IMG/VR virus record: IMGVR_UViG_3300033149_004981
Coordinates: 1 to 36,637 of that record
Direction: 5' to 3' (one strand)
DNA: 36,637 nucleotides
DNA from: a virus
Taxonomy: Duplodnaviria; Caudoviricetes
Within the stretch, counting starts at the first letter, position 1. Each line of letters begins with the position of its first letter. A program made the position numbers and the translations under genes. Positions 1 through 8,013 of the stretch are shown here, one piece after another. Below the pieces are notes generated by a model. It saw only the letters and a program-made list of their open reading frames with translations. It searched no databases and had not been told where the DNA came from.

Positions 1-330
1 CCGCCACCTTATTGCCCCAAAAAATCCTTTTTGTTGTTATCTAAATTTTATCATCATTCGGGTTCATCTTTGGAGCTCGGGATAATTCTCCGGCTACTTC
101 AAGGCTTAGCTTTTTCAGCCTTGCAATCTATTAAGTTTTTAAATAACCAACTACGTAAATAATACCCTAATAATAATAGTATTACAACAACTATTTCCTG
201 ATTTTTCCAATATTTTTTTGGAATCTGTAATATTAGCTTAAAACTACAGTTTTTTAGTGAAAAAATTTCACAAAATACGTATAGTTTTTTGAATTAAATA
301 AAGTAAAAGAAGAGGATTGTAATGTTTTGT

Positions 331-358
331 TTGATTTTTAAAGACTATAAACTATTAT
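331..358 (+). promoter_or_regulatory. Putative sigma70-like promoter for the packaging operon
   Basis: TTGATT-N16-TATTAT upstream of the GAAAGGA RBS of the 380 ORF. A similar TTGATTT...TATTATA arrangement occurs at 8176-8206. The AT-rich context makes chance matches possible. Confidence 0.4.
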
Positions 359-379
359 ATACATTGAAAGGAATTCCTA

Positions 380-1102
380 ATGGCTAAAACATTATGGCAA
401 GATAAATTTATTATAGAAGTTTACGATTTGGCTCGCAGCGGTATGAGTGGTAATAAAATAGCACAAGTATTAGGCGTAGCCGTACCTACTTTTAATAAGT
501 GGGTAAAAAATAAAAAACCATTCCGCTTAGCATTTCAAACAGGACGTAAAAAATACAAAAAAGCCAACGGCAAAACTCCTAATTTTAGGGATTACATTTT
601 TGAGAGATTGCCTTACGATTTACGCAAGGTTTGGCATCGCATAAATAAATTAGATAAAGCTAAAAGCGGGATGGAAAAAATAGAAGCTATCTTAGCTCAA
701 AGAGGTAAAAGTGTCCGTCAACATTTGTTTGTTTATGCTTGGGTGGCCGGTAATTTTTCTATAAGTCAAGCTATGCGTAAAGTCAACATAAGCCGCAGTA
801 CATTTGATAAATGGAAAAAAGAAGATTCAGGATTTGCCCAGTTAATAGAGGAAATTAATTGGCACAAAAAAAACTTCTTCGAAGACCATTTATGCTCCCT
901 TGTAGCTGGCGGAGACACTTCCGCTATTATTTTTGCTAACAGGACTTATAACCGGGATCGGGGCTATAACGAAAAAGTGGACGTGGATATGAATTTAAGT
1001 GGAGAACTCGACCATGCAGTATTAAGCGTGGATGTATTAAAATTACCTTTACAGACAAGAAAGGAAATACTAAAATCATTACGCAAGAACAAACCAACTT
1101 AG
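380..1102 (+). CDS. terS: Terminase small subunit (two HTH-like segments)
   Basis: HTH-like IAQVLGVAVPTFNKW and AMRKVNISRSTFDKW, TerS-like C-terminus AIIFANRT..RDRGYNEKVDV, directly upstream of TerL, RBS GAAAGGA. Confidence 0.8.
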   Translation: MAKTLWQDKFIIEVYDLARSGMSGNKIAQVLGVAVPTFNKWVKNKKPFRLAFQTGRKKYKKANGKTPNFRDYIFERLPYDLRKVWHRINKLDKAKSGMEKIEAILAQRGKSVRQHLFVYAWVAGNFSISQAMRKVNISRSTFDKWKKEDSGFAQLIEEINWHKKNFFEDHLCSLVAGGDTSAIIFANRTYNRDRGYNEKVDVDMNLSGELDHAVLSVDVLKLPLQTRKEILKSLRKNKPT

Positions 1103-1131
1103 CTGATATCAAGTTTGATGAGTATGATGTT

Positions 1132-2577
1132 ATGGCAAGCATCGTACGGGAGAGCTTTTATGAATTTGTAAAAGAATTTTGGGATACCATCATACCGGAA
1201 AAGTTTATAGACAACTGGCATATAAAACTTTTATGTGATGAGTTACAGTATGTGGCGGAAAGGGTTTTTTTGGGGGTACCTAAGGAATATGACCTTATTA
1301 TAAATATTAGTCCCGGTAGCACTAAAAGCACTATATGTTCTATAATGTTCCCAGCGTGGGTATGGGCCAGAATGCCTACAGCAAGAATAATAGGGGGAAG
1401 TTATGCTCATAACTTGTCAATGGATTTATCTCGCCATCAACGTGATATAATTAAAAGCGACAAATACAGAAAGGCTTTCCCAAGTATTAGATTAAGAGCG
1501 GACCAGGATACTAAAAGTTATTTTATGAATACTTTAGGTGGTAGCCGGTATGCAGTAGGAGTAGGTGGTAGTGTTACTGGTATGCACGGACATTTTTTAG
1601 TTATAGATGACCCTATCGACCCCAATAAAGCTATTAGTGAAGCGGAATTGGCTAATGCTAACCGGTGGATGGCGGAGACGTTGCCTACTCGTAAGGTAGA
1701 AAAAACTATTACCCCAACCATATTAATAATGCAACGTCTCCACCAAAATGATTGTACTAATAATATGATAGAGCAAATTCAAATGGCACAAAGAATGGAT
1801 GGAGGCCCTTTGAAATTGAAGCATATATGCCTGCCTGCTGAATTGACAGATAAGGTCAAACCTAAACACTTGGCTTCTTATTATAAAGATGGTTTGATGG
1901 ACCCCGTGCGATTACCTCGGACGGTATTAAATGAAAATAAAGCGGTGGCGGGAGAATATGGTTATGCAGGACAGTTTTTGCAATGGCCGGTACCTCTTGG
2001 TGGGGGGATGTTTAAAACTGATAGAATTAAAATAGTAGAACAACGTCCAATTAAAATTAAAAAACGAATACGGTTTTGGGACAAAGCCGGTACGGAAGGG
2101 GGCAAAGGAGCTTTTACTGTAGGGGTATTAATGAGTGAGGGAAGGGAAGGGGGTTTTTATGTAGAAGATGTGATAAGGGACAGATGGGATTCCTCCGCTC
2201 GTGAAGCCAAAATAAAACAAGTAGCCATAATGGACGGTTATGGGGTATTAATAGGGATAGAGCAGGAACCGGGAAGCGGTGGAAAAGAATCCGCTGAAAA
2301 TACCGTTAAGAATTTGGCTGGATGGCGGGTTAAAATAGATAAGCCTTCTGGTAGTGGTAGTAGTAAGGAATTGAGGGCGGACCCGTTCAGCGTGCAAGTA
2401 AACAATGGCAATGTATATATGGTAAGGGGGGATTGGAATGCAGAGTATATAAGTGAATTAAGTTTTTTCCCTTATTCCACGTATAAGGACCAAGTGGATG
2501 CGTCCTCTGGAGCCTTTAATCAGTTATCACAAAGAAGAAGAAGGGTGGGAGGTTTATTCCCAAAGGAAGGAAAGTAA
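1132..2577 (+). CDS. terL: Terminase large subunit
   Basis: NWHI motif, Walker A variant ISPGSTKST, Walker B LVIDDP, coupling motif IMQRLH, nuclease motifs RFWDKAGT, EQEPGSGGK and KDQVDA. Confidence 0.95.
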   Translation: MASIVRESFYEFVKEFWDTIIPEKFIDNWHIKLLCDELQYVAERVFLGVPKEYDLIINISPGSTKSTICSIMFPAWVWARMPTARIIGGSYAHNLSMDLSRHQRDIIKSDKYRKAFPSIRLRADQDTKSYFMNTLGGSRYAVGVGGSVTGMHGHFLVIDDPIDPNKAISEAELANANRWMAETLPTRKVEKTITPTILIMQRLHQNDCTNNMIEQIQMAQRMDGGPLKLKHICLPAELTDKVKPKHLASYYKDGLMDPVRLPRTVLNENKAVAGEYGYAGQFLQWPVPLGGGMFKTDRIKIVEQRPIKIKKRIRFWDKAGTEGGKGAFTVGVLMSEGREGGFYVEDVIRDRWDSSAREAKIKQVAIMDGYGVLIGIEQEPGSGGKESAENTVKNLAGWRVKIDKPSGSGSSKELRADPFSVQVNNGNVYMVRGDWNAEYISELSFFPYSTYKDQVDASSGAFNQLSQRRRRVGGLFPKEGK

Positions 2578-2578
2578 T

Positions 2579-2725
2579 ATGGAAGATAAGTTTCCTTGTG
2601 AAGATTGTCCCGTTAAGCAAGCGTGTCCTGATGGTTGCTTATGTGATGAAGCAAGGGAATGGTCGAAGCGGAATAATATAACGATAGTAGATAGTTGCTC
2701 GAATTGTTCTGAGGAAGAAGGTTGA
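2579..2725 (+). CDS. Small Cys-rich protein (48 aa)
   Basis: ATG at 2579 after AAGGAAGGAAAG; MEDKFPCEDCPVKQACPDGCLCDEAREW...CSNC has 7 Cys. Confidence 0.55.
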   Translation: MEDKFPCEDCPVKQACPDGCLCDEAREWSKRNNITIVDSCSNCSEEEG

Positions 2726-2726
2726 C

Positions 2727-2999
2727 ATGAGTAGAAGAATAAAGGTAGTATATATTGAAACATTCGACGGTAAAAAATATATCCTTAGTTTAGATAGGGA
2801 TTACGAGAAGGTTTTATTGACCTTATTTAAAAACCTTTTTGAGAATGCTAAATTGGGTTCTGTAGCTTGTATATCTCTTCGTTATATGGATGAGGAAAAA
2901 TATGAGAAACTTAATCCCTCATCGGATTTTTTAGTAAGTAAGAAAGGAAAGAATAATGGCAAAGGAAATGACGAACAGGGCCGCAACAACCAAAGCTAA
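2727..2999 (+). CDS. Hypothetical protein
   Basis: ORF tightly packed between the Cys-rich ORF and the portal. Confidence 0.55.
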   Translation: MSRRIKVVYIETFDGKKYILSLDRDYEKVLLTLFKNLFENAKLGSVACISLRYMDEEKYEKLNPSSDFLVSKKGKNNGKGNDEQGRNNQS

Positions 3000-4446
3000 A
3001 TATCAAGCCTTGGTAAATGCTAATACAGAAGTAAAAATTAATCAACTAAAACGTAAAGCCGCCGTTGAATTATTGGCAACCAATGCCACATTGATGAGGA
3101 GCGAATTATTAAAAAAACTACTCAATCCAGGTAAAGATATTAATTTGGAATGTGGTTACCCGGATACTATTACTATTACTGATTACAAAGGTATGTATAA
3201 GAGGTCTGGCGTAGCTAAAAGAGTCGTAAGAATACTGCCGGAGGAGACTTGGGCTTTGCCCCCCGTTATTTATGAAACGGAAGAATCTAATGAAACAGAA
3301 TTTGAAAAAGAATGGAAAACTCTTCAGGAAACCAAACGTATCCTTCATTATTTGCAAAGGATTGACGTATTAAGTGGTATCGGGGAATTTGGTGTATTGT
3401 TGTTAGGTATTGACGACGGTAAAGAATTGAATGAATCAATAGAAGGAATAAACGAAACTACGGGAGAACAGGTAGGTAAGAGCAAACATAAACTTATCTA
3501 TTTGAAACCTTTTGACCAAAGTGTAGTTAAAGTTAAAACCAAAGAAACAGACGTAGCTTCTCCCAGGTATGGATTCCCCAAAACCTATGATATTGAATTT
3601 GAAGGTTTACTCACTACCAGTGCCAGACAAACTAAAGTGGTACATTGGACAAGAGTGATTCATATAGCAGATAATAGGGAGATGAGTGAAGTATTTGGCA
3701 CCCCAAGGATGGAATTGATTTATAACCGGTTGCTTGACATTAGAAAAATATTAGGCGGCAGCGGGGAAATGTTTTGGAAGGGGGGTTTTCCTGGATTGAG
3801 TTTTGAGACACAACCGGAACCGGGAGATGAGGCTTTGGATTTGGATAGTTTAAAAGACCAGATGGAAAAGTATATGGCAGGAATGCAAAGGTATCTTGCT
3901 ACGACAGGCATGACAGTTAAAAGTTTAGGGCCACAAGTGGCCAGCCCTAAAGACCATGTGGAAACTAATATGAGGAATATAGCCATTAGTTTAGGTATTC
4001 CTTATCGCATCTTTTTAGGTACTGAAGAGGCTAAATTGGCTTCTGCTCAAGATATAACCACATGGAATAAGAGGTTAGGTCAACGTCAAGAGAATTATGT
4101 TACTCCTTTTATTATCAGGCCCTTTATAGATAGATTAATAATTCTGGGTATATTACCGGAACCTAAAGAATATACCGTTGATTGGCCTGATTTAAATGCT
4201 CCAACGGATGAGGATAAGGCTAATGTGGCTAAAATTTTAACGGAAGCCATAGTCAAATATGTTACTGGTGGAGCAGATAGTTTGATTTCCCCGAGGGAAT
4301 ATCTTACTATGGTACTTGGGTTTACTCAGGATGAAGCAGAAGCTATTGAGAAAGCTGCTTTGGCTTATATCAAAAAACATGAAGGAGAAGAAGAGGAAGA
4401 ACCTGAGGAGCCAGAAGAACCAGAAGAAGAAATTGTAGAGGAATAA
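2956..4446 (+). CDS. Portal protein (DUF1073 type)
   Basis: Position after TerL, size 496 aa, motifs YKRSGVAKRVV, SPRYGFP, VHWTRVIHIAD, GIPYRIFLG, VDWPDL; acidic Glu/Pro tail. Confidence 0.88.
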   Translation: MAKEMTNRAATTKAKYQALVNANTEVKINQLKRKAAVELLATNATLMRSELLKKLLNPGKDINLECGYPDTITITDYKGMYKRSGVAKRVVRILPEETWALPPVIYETEESNETEFEKEWKTLQETKRILHYLQRIDVLSGIGEFGVLLLGIDDGKELNESIEGINETTGEQVGKSKHKLIYLKPFDQSVVKVKTKETDVASPRYGFPKTYDIEFEGLLTTSARQTKVVHWTRVIHIADNREMSEVFGTPRMELIYNRLLDIRKILGGSGEMFWKGGFPGLSFETQPEPGDEALDLDSLKDQMEKYMAGMQRYLATTGMTVKSLGPQVASPKDHVETNMRNIAISLGIPYRIFLGTEEAKLASAQDITTWNKRLGQRQENYVTPFIIRPFIDRLIILGILPEPKEYTVDWPDLNAPTDEDKANVAKILTEAIVKYVTGGADSLISPREYLTMVLGFTQDEAEAIEKAALAYIKKHEGEEEEEPEEPEEPEEEIVEE

Positions 4447-4501
4447 CTTTAATAAGGAATTTGGTTATCCAATTATTACATTTTTAGAAAGGAAGTTTAT
4501 T

Positions 4502-4651
4502 ATGGCTTATGGTAAGAAAGATGGAAGTGGAAAAGGTAAAGGACAATCAGGTGGTGACAGACGTAATAAAAATACAGGAGCCGGAACGAAAAGTGGTCCG
4601 GGTTTTGGCAAAGGCGGTGGAAGGGGTAAAGGTACTGGTCGGAAGAGTTAA
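4502..4651 (+). CDS. Small Gly/Lys/Arg-rich basic protein (49 aa), not in the ORF track
   Basis: GAAAGGA RBS, MAYGKKDGSGKGKGQSGGDRRNKNTGAGTKSGPGFGKGGGRGKGTGRKS*, and its stop overlaps the next start (TAATG). Confidence 0.75.
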   Translation: MAYGKKDGSGKGKGQSGGDRRNKNTGAGTKSGPGFGKGGGRGKGTGRKS

Positions 4652-6192
4652 TGCCTAACCAATTAAGAATAGACCCAACCCGTACTACTCTGCTCCGCAG
4701 GCAGTTTGTAGCGGATATGACTCGGCGTTTTAAGAAATTAAGTCGAGCTATTCAAACACTCATTGTAGATGATGATGCTTTGGGTTTGGGGGACCCCACT
4801 CCACTTCTTATTTTACAAGAAAGGCAAATATGGCGTTTTAAAACCAATGCTCAAAAAGTAGCAGCTTACCGCAAATGGCTCAAACAACAAGTAGATGCTG
4901 GTATATTGACTCCGGTAGGGGGTATAAGTGGCAAACCTTGGACTGCTCCTTATATTGAATCTGCTTACAAGAAAGCGGTATTAAGAGCCTATACAGATTT
5001 GAGGGCGACAGAATTAGCTGCTCATCCGACTCTTTTTGAAGGGGGGCAAGCCGAATTTTTAAGGACAGCCTTCAGTAGTCCTGAGGCCACACGGAAAATA
5101 GAATTATTATATACCAGGTCCTTCAACGAATTGGAAGGCGTTACTGCTGCTATGGACCAGCAGATGTCAAGAATATTAGCGGAAGGTTTAGTACAAGGAA
5201 GGGGGGCAAGAGTAATTGCCCGTAATTTACGGATAAATGTTACCAAGATGACTAAAACCAGAGCTAATGTAATAGCCAGAACGGAAATTATCCGTTCTCA
5301 TGCTGAAGGCCAGTTAGATGCTTACGAACGATTGGGGGTTGAAGAATTACAGATTATGGCCGAATGGTCCACGGCAGGTGATGAAAGAGTTTGTATTGAG
5401 TGTGGGGAATTAGAGGGAGTGGTAATGACAGTGAAGGAAGCCAGAGGCCTAATTCCACGGCATCCTAATTGTAGGTGTACTTGGATACCTGCAAGCAAAG
5501 CGAGAAAAGAAGCGGGACAACTTTGGGGGGTTGATAAGGACAGAGCTATAGAGAAATCCATACAAGCGGAAGGGCCTAAAAAGGTAAAACGTACTGCTAC
5601 GGAAATTAGAAAACGTAGTGTGTGGGCTGGGAAGGGATTGGTTAAAGTTAAAAAAATTCCAAAGAGGGTTATATCAAAACCAAAGTCTGTACCAAAATTG
5701 AAAAAAGATTTAGTTCCTTTAACGAAAAGTGAAAAATTTGCTATTGAAGATTATACTTCTGATAAATTTTTAGGGTTAAATAAAAAGTTAAGGCAAGGGT
5801 TATCTTTGGAACCTGCTGATAAGACTTTGCTAAAAAAATTGAGTAGCGGTTTGGAAAAACTTCCTTCATATGAAAAAGATGTATTTAGAAAAGTATCCTT
5901 TAATACTGAAAGTGATTTGAAGAAGTTTCTTAAAGCACATAGAAAGAATAGTATAGTAAAATATAAAACCCCAATAAGTTCTTCTACAGATAATAGGAGG
6001 TTTCTGTTTTCTGGCAAAGGTGATGTTAATATTACAATAAAGAAAAGTATTTCTGGAAAGGATATATCTTCTTTTTCTAAGAACCCTGTAGAGAAAGAGG
6101 TATTATTTGATAGAAACAAATCTTTTAAGATTTTATCTGTTAAAAAGAACAATTTGAATGCTTATGAATTGGTTTTAGAAGAAATAATTTGA
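4651..6192 (+). CDS. MuF / SPP1 gp7-like minor head protein with C-terminal ADP-ribosyltransferase domain
   Basis: MuF motifs RANVIARTEIIR, WSTAGDERVC..C and PRHPNCRC. The C-terminus has YT..F..LN..LR, VFRK, SSST and EKEVL (R-S-ExE ART signature). Confidence 0.9.
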   Translation: MPNQLRIDPTRTTLLRRQFVADMTRRFKKLSRAIQTLIVDDDALGLGDPTPLLILQERQIWRFKTNAQKVAAYRKWLKQQVDAGILTPVGGISGKPWTAPYIESAYKKAVLRAYTDLRATELAAHPTLFEGGQAEFLRTAFSSPEATRKIELLYTRSFNELEGVTAAMDQQMSRILAEGLVQGRGARVIARNLRINVTKMTKTRANVIARTEIIRSHAEGQLDAYERLGVEELQIMAEWSTAGDERVCIECGELEGVVMTVKEARGLIPRHPNCRCTWIPASKARKEAGQLWGVDKDRAIEKSIQAEGPKKVKRTATEIRKRSVWAGKGLVKVKKIPKRVISKPKSVPKLKKDLVPLTKSEKFAIEDYTSDKFLGLNKKLRQGLSLEPADKTLLKKLSSGLEKLPSYEKDVFRKVSFNTESDLKKFLKAHRKNSIVKYKTPISSSTDNRRFLFSGKGDVNITIKKSISGKDISSFSKNPVEKEVLFDRNKSFKILSVKKNNLNAYELVLEEII

Positions 6193-6200
6193 ATTTTTAT

Positions 6201-6229
6201 TTAAGATTTTTACTCTTTTTGACGATAAT
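6201..6229 (+). promoter_or_regulatory. Putative promoter in front of the hairpin/ncRNA array
   Basis: TTAAGA-N17-GATAAT, about 20 nt upstream of the first hairpin. Confidence 0.4.
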
Positions 6230-6249
6230 ATATATGGTGTTACGGTATT

Positions 6250-6492
6250 GGTGGTGAGGGAGTTTTAAGATTGCTCCTTTTACTCCCTCACCACTCTTTT
6301 GAAAAGTAAATAGGGGCATGATTATTCTCCGACTTGGTGGGTGGTAGATTTAATCGTCTTGGTTGCCACCCACCAATATTTAAAAAGTGAATAATGAGGG
6401 ATAGTATTCATCACCCTCCTCCTTATGCTGGGTTGGTTTTAGGGAATGTCAAAGCCAACCCAGCTATTTTAAAAGTTTAGAAGTCTCCTTTT
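6250..6492 (+). repeat. Array of three GC-rich hairpins with anti-SD motifs and a shared T-rich/AAAAGT tail
   Basis: Stems 6251-6263/6282-6294, 6334-6344/6366-6376 and 6427-6440/6451-6464, followed by TCTTTTGAAAAGT, TATTTAAAAAGT and TATTTTAAAAGT. CTCC motifs at 6274, 6327, 6416 and 6485. Confidence 0.8.
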
Positions 6493-6512
6493 AAAGTTTT
6501 GGGTCTCCATGG

Positions 6513-6631
6513 GACCGGCGGCGGCGTGTGGGAAACGCTATGTCGGGTGGGTGAAGCAAGCAATAGCCCAAGTTTTCGGAACTACCAAAACCGAGGGGCT
6601 TGCAAGCAGGTTAGAATCCTGCCCGCCGGTC
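6513..6631 (+). ncRNA. tRNA-like RNA with an expanded anticodon/variable region
   Basis: Acceptor-like stem GACCGGCGG/CCGCCGGTC, D-arm GCGT-GTGGGAA-ACGC, T-arm GCAGG-TTAGAAT-CCTGC, and a structured insert of about 65 nt in place of a normal anticodon arm. No encoded CCA. Confidence 0.7.
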
Positions 6632-6667
6632 TTTATTAAAAGTAAATTATTTTTGAAAGGAAATAAT

Positions 6668-6932
6668 ATGAAACCTATAGTAGTTTGTTTGTGTGGTTCT
6701 ACACGTTTCAAAGATGAATTCGTAAAAGCTAATTTACGAGAGACCTTAGCGGGAAAAATTGTTCTTACAATTGGTTGTGATTTGAGGGACCATACTCATT
6801 TCGGACATCTTACGGCCTCTGAGCGTATTAATATGAAAAAAGAATTAGACGAGCTTCACTTAAGGTAATGAAATCCAATATGCAAAAAAGAATAACAAAC
6901 GGATTAGATATTTGATGAACGGGCAAGTTTGA
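6668..6932 (+). pseudogene. Internally deleted, frameshifted gene of the 'CGSTRF' phage protein family (nucleoside deoxyribosyltransferase-like fold, inferred)
   Basis: GAAAGGA RBS. MKPIVVCLCGSTRFKDEF...LDELHLR stops at 6868, and the +1 frame (6867-6932) reads NEIQYAKKNNKRIRYL, which I recall as the usual C-terminus of this family. Confidence 0.65.
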
Positions 6933-6957
6933 CGTTGCCTGCTAAGGAAGATGAAAA

Positions 6958-7308
6958 ATGAGCGCTGAAGATTTTATAAATGACTTGAAATGGGCCTTTG
7001 CGGAATGTCGAGGCTCGACCGCTTATTCAATGGACAGAAACAGGCCTTATGATGGCCAACCACATACTGGTAGTGGTAAGCGAGGCAAAACCATAGTAGC
7101 CGGCTTAACTATGCGAGATGTAGCGGATTGTATAGTTATTGGTTTTTTAGAAGCGGCTGGAATAGAAAGAAAATATCCGATTTGGGATGATGTTTATAAA
7201 ATCGAACTTGATGATATAGACCCAATTGCTGTCGTGCAAAACGCCATGTGTAATATCGAAAAGATGATGGACATTTACCCGAACATACCAAAATTAGAAT
7301 CTGATTAA
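6958..7308 (+). CDS. Hypothetical phage protein
   Basis: 116-aa ORF with an AAGGA RBS. Confidence 0.7.
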   Translation: MSAEDFINDLKWAFAECRGSTAYSMDRNRPYDGQPHTGSGKRGKTIVAGLTMRDVADCIVIGFLEAAGIERKYPIWDDVYKIELDDIDPIAVVQNAMCNIEKMMDIYPNIPKLESD

Positions 7309-7346
7309 GGCTAACCAATGACATTACCTGTTAATGGAGATAAAAA

Positions 7347-7514
7347 ATGAGCAATTTTGACCCAAAAATTTTAGTAGAGCATATTGACAATTTTGGAAAG
7401 AACCTTAGCGCATGGGAAATTAAATTTATATCCGATTTGATAGACAATCCGCCGGAAACGTATTCGCCAAAACAAATTGAGATTATTAACCGAATTTATG
7501 ATGAAAAATGTTAA
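7347..7514 (+). CDS. Small hypothetical protein (55 aa), not in the ORF track
   Basis: GGAG RBS; MSNFDPKILVEHIDNFGKNLSAWEIKFISDLIDNPPETYSPKQIEIINRIYDEKC, with an LS.WE..FI...S.KQ pattern seen in small phage proteins. Confidence 0.7.
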   Translation: MSNFDPKILVEHIDNFGKNLSAWEIKFISDLIDNPPETYSPKQIEIINRIYDEKC

Positions 7515-7536
7515 GGATACTAAAAAAGGAGCTAAA

Positions 7537-7590
7537 GTGAAACATACAAAAGGCGAAATGGTATACGAGGGCGGCTATTTTATAAAATGA
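7537..7590 (+). pseudogene. Possible truncated gene remnant (MKHTKGEMVYEGGYFIK*)
   Basis: Strong AAGGAG RBS plus GTG. The start resembles the MKHT.G.W N-terminus of common phage proteins, but the frame stops after 17 codons. Confidence 0.35.
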
Positions 7591-7630
7591 CTGAATACTA
7601 AGAACATACAAAATAAAGGTAAAAAGTAAA

Positions 7631-7840
7631 ATGTCCTCAGTTAAAACACCTTATAATAAAATTCATCAAGTTCGCCGGGACCCACGTGGTTCAAAAGCCC
7701 ATACATCGAGGATGGAAGCTATGATATTAAATAAATATGCTTTACGCAGACAAGCTATTAAAAAAGCGGGATTGAGTGAAGACAATCCTAATCATACAGT
7801 GAAAATAATTAATTTACTCAAGCGGAAAGGATTAGATTAA
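7631..7840 (+). CDS. Small basic hypothetical protein
   Basis: 69-aa ORF with an AAGGT RBS, coupled to the next ORF by TAATG. Confidence 0.6.
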   Translation: MSSVKTPYNKIHQVRRDPRGSKAHTSRMEAMILNKYALRRQAIKKAGLSEDNPNHTVKIINLLKRKGLD

Positions 7841-8013
7841 TGTTGACGCCAAGTGATGTATGTGAAGTGAAAAGGTGTAAAAGAGATTCTACTATTATTT
7901 ACTCAGCCAGTAAAAGTGGTCGTCAAAGAGGGGTATGCAGTAAACATTGGAATATGCATTGTCAACATCTAATCAATTTGAAAAGCAAGCAAACTTATAA
8001 AAAAAGTAAGTAG
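7840..8013 (+). CDS. Small putative Zn-finger protein (57 aa), not in the ORF track
   Basis: MLTPSDVCEVKRC...VCSKHWNMHC (Cx4C...Cx2H); the start overlaps the previous stop. Confidence 0.6.
   Translation: MLTPSDVCEVKRCKRDSTIIYSASKSGRQRGVCSKHWNMHCQHLINLKSKQTYKKSK

Noticed and set aside
1-330. Coding region, or cos/pac site, upstream of terS
   Set aside because: Only short stop-interrupted frames and AT-rich tracts. A packaging site is plausible by position, but no specific sequence supports it.
4381-4443. GAA-rich repeat at the portal 3' end
   Set aside because: Explained by a Glu/Pro low-complexity protein tail.
6197-6411. Two minus-strand micro-ORFs behind the GGAG...ATG images (about 40 aa from 6319 and 29 aa from 6411)
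   Set aside because: They cross the hairpins, look non-protein-like, and oppose the promoter and tail polarity. They are kept only as the alternative explanation for the array.
6513-6631. Canonical decoding tRNA or tmRNA
   Set aside because: No 7-nt anticodon loop on a 5-bp stem, and too short for tmRNA with no tag ORF.
6250-6643. CRISPR array
   Set aside because: There is no identical direct repeat, only a short degenerate tail and unrelated hairpins, and no cas genes are present.
6509-6667. N-terminal extension of the 119-aa ORF 6509-6868
   Set aside because: It runs through the tRNA-like RNA. The GAAAGGA RBS and the family-like sequence begin at ATG 6668.
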